From contig JAUCBJ010008359.1 of NCBI GenBank assembly GCA_032718475.1, positions 8,275 to 72,274 on the forward strand: a stretch of DNA of 64,000 nucleotides. Direction: 5' to 3'. The notes under the pieces are model-generated. The model saw only the letters and a program-made list of their open reading frames with translations. It was not told the origin of the DNA and made no database searches. The DNA is from Nemertoderma westbladi. Taxonomy: Eukaryota; Animalia; Xenacoelomorpha. Positions 50,251 to 62,700 of this stretch are shown here, in pieces. A program made the translations under genes and the position numbers. Positions within the stretch are counted from its first letter, which is position 1. The number at the start of each line of letters is the position of its first letter.

Positions 50251-51443
50251 TACACCAATATTAGATATTGAGTTCCGTTTTGGAGTTCGCCTTGCAGACA
50301 CTAAAGTTGCAATAACTTTTGAGACCGTGCATGGATTTGGCTCAAATGACTTGCAAACCTTTTCTACGCCGATGCTCTTTTACCACATGTAATGTGGTGA
50401 AATGTGGTGAAAACCACATATTTATAAGAAATTCCACCAAAAATAGTTTAATTTACTTTTTTCGCAGGGAAAAAAGTAAAATCAATGCAATCTTACGGGT
50501 TACTATTTTCCTTAGGGAAAAAAGTTTAACTTTTTCTCCCGATTTTGGGGTACTTTCGAGCGAAAAAGGTAACAAATTAAGAAAATATATTTATATTTTT
50601 TTTGCGGTGGTAATTATAATAGTAATTAATAATTATATATAATTATAATAGTAATTGACAATATGCAATCATAATATCGGCTCAAAAAATTTCAGGCAGC
50701 AACCCTATTGTTGCAACTAAATATTAATGTTTAAAACGAAGTAGTAGGCTACTAACAGTACTTTATAAAAGTTTACAAAAAAATTCAATTCAACAAATTA
50801 TCGTTTTAATCATTTGAATTGAATTCTACGTTTTTTTTTAAATCCAATTTTAATCCAGTTCTTAATTATTGTACTCAATACGATAGTTTTAACAATATCC
50901 ATTTCATCATGCTATCAGTAACAATGACTCTAAAGAAAGGCATTCATTCATACCTAACTGTCGTTCTATCGTGACATTTTTTATTCTGTTCTATCCTGTA
51001 ATTATTGCTAAATATAGCTCCACACCTACTGTATCTATTTTGCCTTTTACTTTGTAGCGTTGACCGCGATGAGATATCGCACTGCTGCCCGTGGGTTTTC
51101 GTCTCTTTTTTCATTTAGTTAGGAAATTGACAATTTTGAATACAGTTAGTAGTCAGTAGTGTAGTACCAGTATAATAAAACAATAAATAAATATTATATT
51201 GAAATTTAAACAAAGATAATTCAGAAAGGCCTTTTACCATAGTCAAAGTATTCCTACTCTCTGACTACCAGTGTTATAGTGCAATTAATTTTCCCTCTTT
51301 CACTGTATTAAACTGCTACCCTGTTACAAGACAAAACAGTTTCGTGGTGTTACTGTATGGACCATCTTAACCCTGCGTGCCGCCCATCTGAAGAATACCA
51401 GGATTTCACTTTTCGGTCGACTTTTTATTGGAATTTTATATAT

Positions 51444-53150
51444 GGCACGTTCCACGATAACGTCAACCAAGGGCTCATTTCTAAAAGTTAGGTATTGTTG
51501 GCTTTTGTGAACTTTTACTAGATCGAAATTTATCGCAGAATACAAATCTGAAACTATAAATCTCAAATTTATAAATTTTAGTATCGTAAATTGCTCTGGT
51601 AGCTGGTGCGTTAAAATTTCAATTTTTTTGTCAAAATTGGAGACATTTTGTTTTTTGAAAATTTGATACAATGCAATACAGTTTTGCTATTTTCAGCCTT
51701 TTCAGATGGAATATATACATTTTGGGAATGCAATGCCACGTTGTTCATGATCTAAAACGAGTTGACTGACTAATACTTTTGATTTTTGCATGAGGCAATT
51801 TGAATGTCACGTACTTTACCAAAAATATGTATTATTTTATTTTATAAAGTCAAATTTAGCTCCAAGGGAACTAAAAGTGGAATCTACAATATTAAAGTAT
51901 ATTTACATGTTTTGTGTTGAACATTTCTCGAAAATTCTGTGCTTTTGACACATTTACAATGGTAAAGTACGTGACGTAAAAATATTTTTTCGTAAAGTAC
52001 GTGACATAAAAATATTTTTTCGTAAAGTAGGTGACGGTTGTATGGACTATAACTGACCACTTAAGCAGTGCCAGCGCATCACACACTGTGAATCCTGCCC
52101 ATCAGGCCACCTGGAGCTCGGCGTCTATTGGATGACAACTCTATCCACCTGCAACTGAAGCCTGCAAAACGATATAACATATGTCTCTACCAGATCAGGG
52201 TGGGGTGATATAAGTCCATTTGTTATGAACTATTGTTTCCCCAGAGACAACCAATTAAATATTATCAATAATTGCTAACGCGTGCATGGCCCATGGTTAA
52301 TGAGATGACAGCAACATTTTCCCAAGGTCTTAGTGGTTCTAATTAATTAGAAACGTGCCAGTACCATAGCGCGTAGCGGTAACCTCGACACAGATAGAGC
52401 TAGGGCCGTAGCAACGTCATCAAAAATAAGCAATCCACCATCAGCTATACGAACTGCGACTACTGCACAATAAAAAAGACAATACATGATATCACCAGTG
52501 TGTGTAATAGCGAAACACGGACTATAATAACCGTAGGCCTACCCCTAATATTAGTTAATCAAAATTTTATTATTATTTTCAATCACCCGGTCTTTAAAAA
52601 TATGATAGAATCTGTATCTAGTTAATTTCGTTACCAAATTGGATTGTAAAAACATATTGCCGCATGGAAGCGGGGTGAAATAGATTTGGATATTCGGATG
52701 AAATCGCATGGGTCACGTACTTTACTTGGCAATGTCACGTACTTTACTTGGCAATGTCACGTACTTTACTTTGTTTTACATCAAATTCACTGAATTGCGT
52801 TAGGTTTGAAATGTCAATAAAGGCTGTTTTGGAAACAGCAATATTACCTCTTGGCTGCTGTGGACTCATTTATTACCTCAAGGTGCTCAATTCGCTGGAT
52901 TTTGGACTTACATTAAAAAAAATATATTTTAAAATTTCTGCGCGTCACGTACTTTACCTGCGTTTGGTTGATGATTACTAAAGCCATCTACACTAAGAAG
53001 TTTAGCTTCTATACTAAACGTGTAGCAGAATACTTTGTCTCTCAGAATATCACAAGTTGATGCTCTATGAAGACTGTTGTATATATGTAATTTGCAAAAG
53101 AATGTAAAAATTGGTCTCTGACAGTCACGTACTTTACCGTGGAACGTGCC
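51444..53150. mobile_element. Non-autonomous DNA transposon, 13-bp TIR GGCACGTTCCACG, 4-bp TSD ATAT
   Basis: TIRs are perfect; the empty site is seen in copy 2 (~55126); internal tcacgtactttac motifs occur in both orientations. Confidence 0.92.
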
Positions 53151-53259
53151 ATATGAAGATTTTTTATTTTTTTTATTTTATCTTTAAGTGTTTTATAGCG
53201 CTTATTTCTGTCTTATAACCTGTACATATACTAATTCGTTTATTGTTTTGGTTAGATTC

Positions 53260-53936
53260 AGCTAAGCTAAGCTAAGCTAAGCTAAGCTAAGCTAAGCTAA
53301 GCTAAGCTAAGCTAAGCTAAGCTAAGCTAAGCTAAGCTAAGCTAAGCTAAGCTAAGCTAAGCTAAGCTAAGCTAAGCTAAGCTAAGCTAAGCTAAGCTAA
53401 GCTAAGCTAAGCTAAGCTAAGCTAAGCTAAGCTAAGCTAAGCTAAGCTAAGCTAAGCTAAGCTAAGCTAAGCTAAGCTAAGCTAAGCTAAGCTAAGCTAA
53501 GCTAAGCTAAGCTAAGCTAAGCTAAGCTAAGCTAAGCTAAGCTAAGCTAAGCTAAGCTAAGCTAAGCTAAGCTAAGCTAAGCTAAGCTAAGCTAAGCTAA
53601 GCTAAGCTAAGCTAAGCTAAGCTAAGCTAAGCTAAGCTAAGCTAAGCTAAGCTAAGCTAAGCTAAGCTAAGCTAAGCTAAGCTAAGCTAAGCTAAGCTAA
53701 GCTAAGCTAAGCTAAGCTAAGCTAAGCTAAGCTAAGCTAAGCTAAGCTAAGCTAAGCTAAGCTAAGCTAAGCTAAGCTAAGCTAAGCTAAGCTAAGCTAA
53801 GCTAAGCTAAGCTAAGCTAAGCTAAGCTAAGCTAAGCTAAGCTAAGCTAAGCTAAGCTAAGCTAAGCTAAGCTAAGCTAAGCTAAGCTAAGCTAAGCTAA
53901 GCTAAGCTAAGCTAAGCTAAGCTAAGCTAAGCTAAG
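53260..53936 (-). repeat. (GCTAA)n perfect array, ~135 units
   Basis: Direct reading. Confidence 0.98.
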
Positions 53937-55579
53937 TACACCAATATTAGATATTGAGTTCCGTTTTGGAGTTCGCCTTGCAGACACTAAAGTTGCAATA
54001 ACTTTTGAGACCGTGCATGGATTTGGCTCAAATGACTTGCAAACCTTTTCTACGCCGATGCTCTTTTACCACATGTAATGTGGTGAAATGTGGTGAAAAC
54101 CACATATTTATAAGAAATTCCACCAAAAATAGTTTAATTTACTTTTTTCGCAGGGAAAAAAAGTAAAATCAATGCAATCTTACGGGTTACTATTTTCCTT
54201 AGGGAAAAAAGTTAAACTTTTTCTCCCGATTTTGGGGTACTTTCGAGCGAAAAAGGTAACAAATTAAGAAAATATATTTATATTTTTTTTGCGGTGGTAA
54301 TTATAATAGTAATTAATAATTATATATAATTATAATAGTAATTGACAATATGCAATGATAATATCGGCTCAAAAAATTTCAGGCAGCAACCCTATTGTTG
54401 CAACTAAATATTAATGTTTAAAACGAAGTAGTAGGCTACTAACAGTACTTTATAAAAGTTTACAAAAAAATTCAATTCAACAAATTATCGTTTTAATCAT
54501 TTGAATTGAATTCTACGTTTTTTTTTAAATCCAATTTTAATCCAGTTCTTAATTATTGTACTCAATACGATAGTTTTAACAATATCCATTTCATCATGCT
54601 ATCAGTAACAATGACTCTAAAGAAAGGCATTCATTCATACCTAACTGTCGTTCTATCGTGACATTTTTTATTCTGTTCTATCCTGTAATTATTGCTAAAT
54701 ATAGCTCCACACCTACTGTATCTATTTTGCCTTTTACTTTGTAGCGTTGACCGCGATGAGATATCGCACTGCTGCCCGTGGGTTTTCGTCTCTTTTTTCA
54801 TTTAGTTAGGAAATTGACAATTTTGAATACAGTAAGTAGTCAGTAGTGTATACCAGTATAATAAAACAATAAATAAATATTATATTGAAATTTAAACAAA
54901 GATAATTCAGAAAGGCCTTTTACCATAGTCAAAGTATTCCTACTCTCTGACTACCAGTGTTATAGTGCAATTAATTTTCCCTCTTTCACTGTATTAAACT
55001 GCTACCCTGTTACAAGACAAAACAGTTTCGTGGTGTTACTGTATGGACCATCTTAACCCTGCGTGCCGCCCATCTGAAGAATACCAGGATTTCACTTTTC
55101 GGTCGACTTTTTATTGGAATTTTATATATGAAGATTTTTTATTTTTTTTATTTTATCTTTAAGTGTTTTATAGCGCTTATTTCTGTCTTATAACCTGTAC
55201 ATATACTAATTCGTTTATTGTTTTGGTTAGATTCAGCCCTTCTGTAACCTGTGGTTTTGGTGAAAACCTGGTATTCTTCACATGGGGGTAACTGCAAAGT
55301 GAAATATAACGGTAGAAAGTCTGGTATTCTTCACATGGGGGTAACTGCAAAGTGAAATATAACGGCAGAAAGTCTGGTATTCTTCACATGGGCCCTGCGT
55401 GCACCTATTGGTGCGATTTGCACCGACTCAAATATTGTCTGGGAGGGTGTCCCAACCCCCATGTAATCGGCCCTGGTAATAACTAGAGTTCGTTCTGATT
55501 TGGTCTTATTCCTTTAGTTAATAACTGACTGCACAATCTCCGGTAGCTATACTGTACAAGCGCAGTGGCAGCGTAGAGG

Positions 55580-56605
55580 TACATAACTATAGGGGGTTAT
55601 AGCCGGTCGTCCACTGGTATGCTTTCCAGAAAAGTAGATCTGGTATGACCTCGTCTTTACTTCGCCAGCAGTGCCCACTGAATCTTAATCTGCGTTCACG
55701 GAGGGTGGTTGATACAGGTAGTATAGTACAATAGAGCTCGGCGTTTGTCATGCGTTGTCTCCAGCTGATGTTTAGGGCTGCCCTTAGTAGTCTTGTGTAG
55801 CAACCATAAATTCGGTGTTAAAGTGATTTCGTCAGTGTCCAGGTCTCACCCCCGTATAAAATTACACTTTCCACTGTGGCTCGAAAGAACTTAGTCTTCA
55901 GGTGCCTGGAGAGATCTGATTTCCAGATGGTATCCATTTTTGATAGAGCTACCCAAGCCTTTGCATTCCTAACTTCTATGTCTTTTTTGCTACTCTCTAT
56001 CCATGACTCAAGGTACTGGAAGTCGTCAACCTTTCTTAGTTGATTATTATCAATTGAACCAATCAGGTTGAATGAGCTGTATGCCTCGCAGTTAATCATG
56101 ATGTTTCTCCACATTTTGTTTATAAGGATGTAATCCAGCTGTGCTTTGGTTCTATTAGGGTATTGAAATATCCATAGCTTCCCCTTACTTTTTGCGAATG
56201 TGGTGTTTGTTAACATCAATTCACATCCATCCATTAGGTCTTCTAAGAGTAAGCACCCATTTCTGTGCGAACTGGTGTTATAGGTGTAACCCTTGATGTC
56301 TTCTGGGCCAATTTGAGCATTCAGGTCACCAGCAATGACTTTGACGTTGTGTTTCAGAATATCCTTTATTAGTCAAGTCAGATCTTCATAAAACTTGACC
56401 GCTTGTTCTGGCTCTGAAACATTGGTTGGACTGTAGCAACATATTACTGTTGTCTAAGCATTCCCATCAAATGTTGCAATCATGACCCTAGAATTTATTG
56501 ATTCGATGTTGTTTAGGGTCTGAAGTGCAAATGGGCTTAGCAGAATTCCAACTCCACCAATTGATGCATTGGCCGATTTTCTTACTGCTGAGCTTGCTAC
56601 TAATG
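55580..56605 (-). pseudogene. RTE LINE deletion derivative (endonuclease fused to the post-RT region)
   Basis: GGVGILLS, CYSPT, GDLNA and AQLDYIL joined to VDDFQYLESW..FFRATVESVILYG. Confidence 0.85.
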
Positions 56606-56754
56606 TAGTTAATGTAATTCTTTCAACCACTGTTCATTCTTCTGTCTGTTGGTCGATCTGTTGACGAATGTTTGAAGGCTAATTCTTCGATGGAATTAAT
56701 AATATAGTCAGATACTGTGGGCCAACGTTGAATTAAATATTGGTACCCATACAA

Positions 56755-58020
56755 CCATATACAAAGTTTTCAGCAGATGATAGTGGCAATAGTGGAATTG
56801 GTCTATTAATGAATCCAACTGCACATGCAACATTGGACAAAATAGACCAAATCTCTATCCGCATCATCCGTTGCCACTTCTCATGTTCTGGAAGACTGGC
56901 TAAGAAGTTTCCTAAGGTGGTTCTGATTGTGTGCTACTCTCCAACTAGTGTTGCCCCAGTAGAGGAGGTGGGAAGTTTTTACCACAATCTACAAGCAACT
57001 ACTGATAGAGTGGATCAGCATGCATTCTTAACATTCCTGGGAGACTTTAATGCAAGTCTGAATCAATCACCTGCATCGCCCTGGGTTTATAGCGATGGTG
57101 TTAACCGAAATTCCGTCCATCTTCAGGATTTCATCTCTGGAAATGGATTGTTTTCGGCTGGAACCGAGTTCAAGAAGCGAACTGGAAAGCTATGGACTCA
57201 TAGAGGACCCAGGGGTCACAAGTCCCAGATAGACCATATTCTGTTTCGTAGGAAATACAAGACTGTAATGCACCTACTGTTAACTAAACTAAACTAAATG
57301 TTAACTCCCCCTACAGGCTCCAGAAGTCGGGGAAATCCTGCCAAGTACCTAAGTGATCTAGACTTTGCTGATGAATTAGGAGTACTCTCTGAATCACTAG
57401 AGGGAGCCCAACGGCTCCTCAGCTCAGCTTCTAGTGTTGGTCTTAATATTAACTCCAAAAAGACCAAAGTTTTGACAGTTAACTTTGAAAGTCCTCAGCA
57501 AGTCTCTGACCGGATGAGCATAAGCTCAAACGATGGTATGCTTGAGCAGATGGATGACTTCTGTTATCTGGGATCAATGATCCGGAAGTCTGGTGAGGAC
57601 CTAAAGGAAAGGCATGGGCAGGGCAGCCTTGAATAGGCTTTCCAGGATTTGGAAGTCACATAGAATTAATCGGAAACTTAAGGACCGATTATTTAGAGCA
57701 GAAGTAGTTCCAGTACTCCTCTATGGGAGGCCATGCTGGGCTCTAACTGCTGAGGACACCAAATCTCTGGGTGGCACATTCACAAGAATGCTACGCTGGG
57801 TTCACTGTCTCAAGTACAATGCACACATTTCCAACCAGACAATATATAACATTGGATGTGTCTAATTGGTTCCCCCAAGCTTGACACTAGAACAAAGCGG
57901 CAGGACACAGTGAACACAGCACATTGTTTTCGCCATGAGTTCGTGAGAACCAGACAGTGCATACTCTTGTGCTTTGGCAGTCTCATGGAGTGAATAAGCA
58001 TGGTGGACAGCCCTGGTGTA
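56755..58020 (+). pseudogene. RTE LINE deletion derivative (family of 34340-35790)
   Basis: CYSPT, LGDFNA and SQIDHIL, then TPPTGSRSRGNPAKYLSDLDFADE. Confidence 0.85.
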
Positions 58021-58029
58021 CAACTTACT

Positions 58030-58240
58030 GGTTCAAGATAGTAAACTTATACCCCTATAATTACTAGGACAGCTATTACCCAACATTGTATCTTTGGGGA
58101 TTGGTTTAATAATGGCCTGGGTTTGTAACCACACACTTGGAACCAAACCACAAATGAAAATTGCATTAAACAAATCAACTAGAAGATCTACTAGGGCCGA
58201 CGACCTTGTTGGTTTTTTACTTATTGGTCTCATTGTCAAT
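58030..58240 (-). pseudogene. CR1/L2-like LINE fragment
   Basis: LFNAIF..GLVPSVW..AIIKPIPK..NYRGISLLS. Confidence 0.75.
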
Positions 58241-58301
58241 GTGAAAATCCTCGGTGGGGTTGAGCATGTTATTGAACCCTTTCTTCCAATGGTTTAGAAC
58301 T

Positions 58302-58502
58302 TCCCACCCCTACCTTCGGGTAACAGATAGGATTAGCGCCTACCCATACCCTCGGGTAGCAGATTGGAGAAGCGCCCACCCCTACCCTTGGGCAGAAGAT
58401 AGGAGTAGCGCCCACCCCTACCTTCGGGTAGCTGATAGGAGTGGCTCCCACCCCTAACTTCGGGTAGCTGATAGGAGTAGCGCCCACCCACACTTACGGG
58501 TG
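58302..58502 (+). repeat. 36-bp minisatellite, ~5.5 copies
   Basis: Unit cccacccctaccttcgggtagctgataggagtagcg. Confidence 0.9.
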
Positions 58503-59778
58503 GAAGCTATCGAATGAGGAGCTTTAGGGTCGTGGTTGCCTCCGGCAACGATCCACTGTTTACTTGCTTTTCTATGCAATGACATTAGAACAACAGGAGT
58601 ATACATAGTGACAATGTTATCTATAGCAACCCCGTAAGTTATAAAATCAATAGTGATAATGTAAGTCCTGAGCCAAAATATATTAATATTTATTAAACAT
58701 TTTAATTAATGGGTTTCTTAGCCAAGAATTATAGTTTGATATTGATTGGAATTTATTATGCTGGGCGTATGCGAGTAATTCACAATTGTTTTCGTTTCAA
58801 CCAATATATAAATTTATTAATTAAGGTTGGAAATAAATGATTTACATTTCAAAAGCAAACACATACATACTTACTGTACTTATGCATTTTGTAGCTTGCA
58901 ATGAAATTAATATAATGTAATTAAGAAGTGTTACTGTACCAACTGTAGTGAAAGTATCTTCATGGTCAATATCATCATTACAGTAGATAGAGATATATTT
59001 ATTATATTTCAGTTTCAGTTTATTTATTTATTTCAGTAATATATATATAAAGTACATACAATATACATAACAAAAAAAAATTACAATCAAAATTTACATA
59101 TTTACAAACAGCTAAATTACCTCGAAATAAGTGCCGGAGCGTTAAGTTTTAAAAGTAATGTGAAATTAAAATTTAACTAGGTAATAGTGAAAAGGGCAAC
59201 ACAGCAATATAGCAAAGCTATTACGTGGCTGTGCGCCGTTTAGAAGGTTATTGACGATTTTAATACAGTGTACGTATTGTGTTTATTAGAATTACTACCG
59301 TATACGTTATATATAATTAAATTTAAAGCACTGCGTGGAAATATATGAATACATAAAAGTGACGATCCATCTGTACGTGGGCACGACATTTGAATTAAAA
59401 ATTACACACAAGGAGCAAAGTTAGAAATAAATTAAACCCAAATTATAAGTGGATAACAGAATAGACAACAACGTTAATATTACTAGCCGTTAGAGACACC
59501 ACAATGAAAAAACTAACAAAGCACCAGACATATACCCCGCAGTTACAGTTCAATAATTAAATATTTTTTTAGTTTAGCAGAAAATATGTTTAATGATTGA
59601 CACTCTTTAATTTAAATATGCAATAAATTCCACAAAAAAGGACCCTGATATTTTAGTGATCTTTGAGATACAAGTATACGAGTTGATGGAATATAGACAT
59701 TTTTTTGGCTTATTGTTCAAAAAGTGATACATGCAACATGAAATTCTAAAATATATTTCGCAATACTAATCTTCTCTC

Positions 59779-62700
59779 ATGGCAGAGGCAATGAAGACTG
59801 ATGGAGATGTAGAAGAATACGCCTTTAAAAATGTACAGACGCCAATTCCAATAGAAAATACATCAGACGACCAGACTACTGCACCGAAAAACCCAACTAC
59901 CACAGCACAGAATCAGAGCACAAAAGCGGAGAAACATAATACTGTACTGGAGAAAACATCAGTGGGTTCTATAAATCAACAACAAGGTACACTGAAAAAC
60001 CTTACAAATTATACTAAAGATGTCTATTCAAGTAAAGTAACCCAAAGCAAACAGGTTTATCTAACGGGCAAGAGATATGGAAAACAGGTCTATAGTAGTG
60101 GAAAATCAAAAATGAAAGAAAGCAACACATATCGAAGAGGCCATGCACACTCAAATCAATTTGAGAAACACAGAAACAAGCCTTCATGGGTTCCAGAAAT
60201 ATTGTCATCCTTTTGGCGAAGGGGAAGCGTTGCCGCTTCAGAAGCCAGTGATATGCAACAGATTGAAAACTGGTACCTCAATAATGAACTTTTAATAACT
60301 TGTGAACAACAGAGGCCAGAAGAAGTGGGGCAATTGTTATCAAAAGGAGCAAACGTGAATGCAATCGATGACTATGGTTGGTCACCACTAAATAGGGCTC
60401 TGAAGGCGGGCGAATTAGATACTGTTAGATTCTTGATACAAGGTGGAGCCGATGTAAATAAGAAACATGAGAGATGGCTTTCTACACCACTGCAGACTCT
60501 ACTTTACTACAGAGATGATGTAAATATGCTCGATTTACTATTCGACGCAGGTGCGAAAGAAACTGTTGGCAATGTGGACAATGAAGGCTGGAATGCACTT
60601 CACATCGCAAGTAAAAAAGGTCGCTTAGAATGTCTTAAAAAAATAATAAGCAAAGATTTAATGTTTTATGCCACCACTGATGAGGCAAAGAGAACCATTT
60701 TACATTTAGCCTGTTATTGTGGAAATGTTGATGTCATAGAGTTTGTTTTAGATTTTTCAAGCGGTCTGTTTATTAGTCAGATATTTTTTGATGCACTTGG
60801 CCAGACACCAGCTCATTTAGCTTGTATCTATGGCCATATTGCTGTTTTGAAAGTAATGATCTCTCATGGGTTGCCATTTGACTGTGTAAATAAAGCCAAT
60901 GTTACACTTTTACACACAGCAGCTCATTATGGACATGATAACATAGTGGATTGGTTACTTAAAGACTGTCCACAATTAATTGTGTGTCAGGATGAGGAAG
61001 GCAGACAACCTCTCTGGGTCGCCAGCCATAGAGGACATACAAAAATTGTTGAGATGTTGCTTGGGTGTGGCGCTGATACAATGGCATGTGATAAAAGAGG
61101 TCGAACAGCTTTACATATTGCATCTATTAAAGGAAATGACAGTGTTTTAAATGCCTTATTGCCATTACTAAAAGACAAGCACCATGCATCTAGGGTTGAT
61201 AAGAGAACCAATGATGGTCGAACAGGACTCCACTATGCCAGCAAGGGTGGTCATACATCAACTCTTATAAAAGTTCTAGATCATGGTGCAAATATAAGTC
61301 AGACAGATAACGATGGCAATACAGCACTGCACTTTGCATTTATGTTTGATGCACCAGCGAGTTTAATGGAACAACTCTTAGATAGAGGAGTGAATACAGA
61401 GGCACGAAATACATCAGATAAGACAGCTCTTGATATCGGCATAGAAAATGGAAATTTCCATCTTATTGTTAACTACCTAATGCACCGAGGGAACAATGCT
61501 TCTTTGGCATCTTTGTCACCTTATTTATTGAAAGGAATGTGTAGGTCTACTAGCTGTCAAGATTGGGAAACCATCTTCAATAAATGCATAAAGTTACAGG
61601 ATGTTGAACATGATGATACGATGATGAACATTGGTGAATCACGCCTTGGTAAAGACAGGTGGGTCACAGTAGACATTGATCTGCTGAAACCGCAATCCAA
61701 AAAGTCAGCCATCTCTGAAACATCGACTTCAGGACACTTCGAAAGAAGTGAGGAATTCTTTTTGAGGAAATGTGAACTTGCCCCTTTGCAAATGATCACC
61801 ACCAAATCTGATAACATTGTTTTATTTAATCATCCTTTTGTCACATCTTTAATTGAAATGAAATGGCATCGCGTTGGATCGATATATAATATACTTGTCA
61901 TTCTTCTGTTTTTCCATCTAGTCACGCTCTGTTGTCACGTTGTAGCAACATTGCATTATCTTGAAGAATTACCCAATCTTAAACTCAACAATTTCACACT
62001 ATATGACATAAGTTGGTGGTTTCTATTCTCTACATCCATTCTAATGACACTAATAGAATTTATACAATTTTCAGTGGTAAAAATGTTTCAGTACCTTTCA
62101 GATCTTGAGAATATTTTAGAATGCGGTCAAATATTGTTATCTATTTGGTTACTACTCATGCCTTTTACACATTTTACGTTAGTCAGAGAAGTGAGTGCCA
62201 TTGCAATAGTGTTTAGCAGTGGTTCATTTACATTATCTGGATCTAAAATTAAAACTTTGGATATTGGAGTCTTTATTATTATCTTCCGGAAGATTGTTAA
62301 CCGTTTGCTACGGACTACATTCTACTTCATGTTTATAATTGGATCATTTGGAGCCGCATTGCATATACTATCAATGAGTGGGCAAGACAACATAATTAGT
62401 TCCTTGTTTAACACTTTAGTTTGGTTTTCTGCGGGAGTTGAGTACCAAGATGAAAATTTAAATACGAAATATGGAGCATCTCATTTCCTATTTCTGGTTT
62501 TCCTTCTTCTAGGACCCATCGCTTTGATGAATCTCCTTTTAGGTTTGGCTGTTAGCGATACAAAGATAATCCTACATGAATCAAAAGCCTATTGTGAAAA
62601 ATCTCGTCTCGAATTTATTATCGAAATTGAACGTGTAGGTTTGCGGTTAAGAAAGATTCCAGTGCTGAGACGTTTACATCGACGGATCCAGTTGTTTGTT

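Larger units (their letters stand above)
50251..55237. repeat. Tandem duplication of a ~1.3 kb non-coding unit (50251-53260 and 53937-55237), each copy abutting a (GCTAA)n array
   Basis: Near-identical tacaccaatattag...ggttagattcag; copy 1 carries a 1.7 kb insertion. Confidence 0.9.

Noticed and set aside
36739-55475. Giant hAT element bounded by CAGTGCCGGATTA and TAATCGGCCCTG
   Set aside because: TIRs match imperfectly and there is no 8-bp TSD (agcatatc versus gtaataac).
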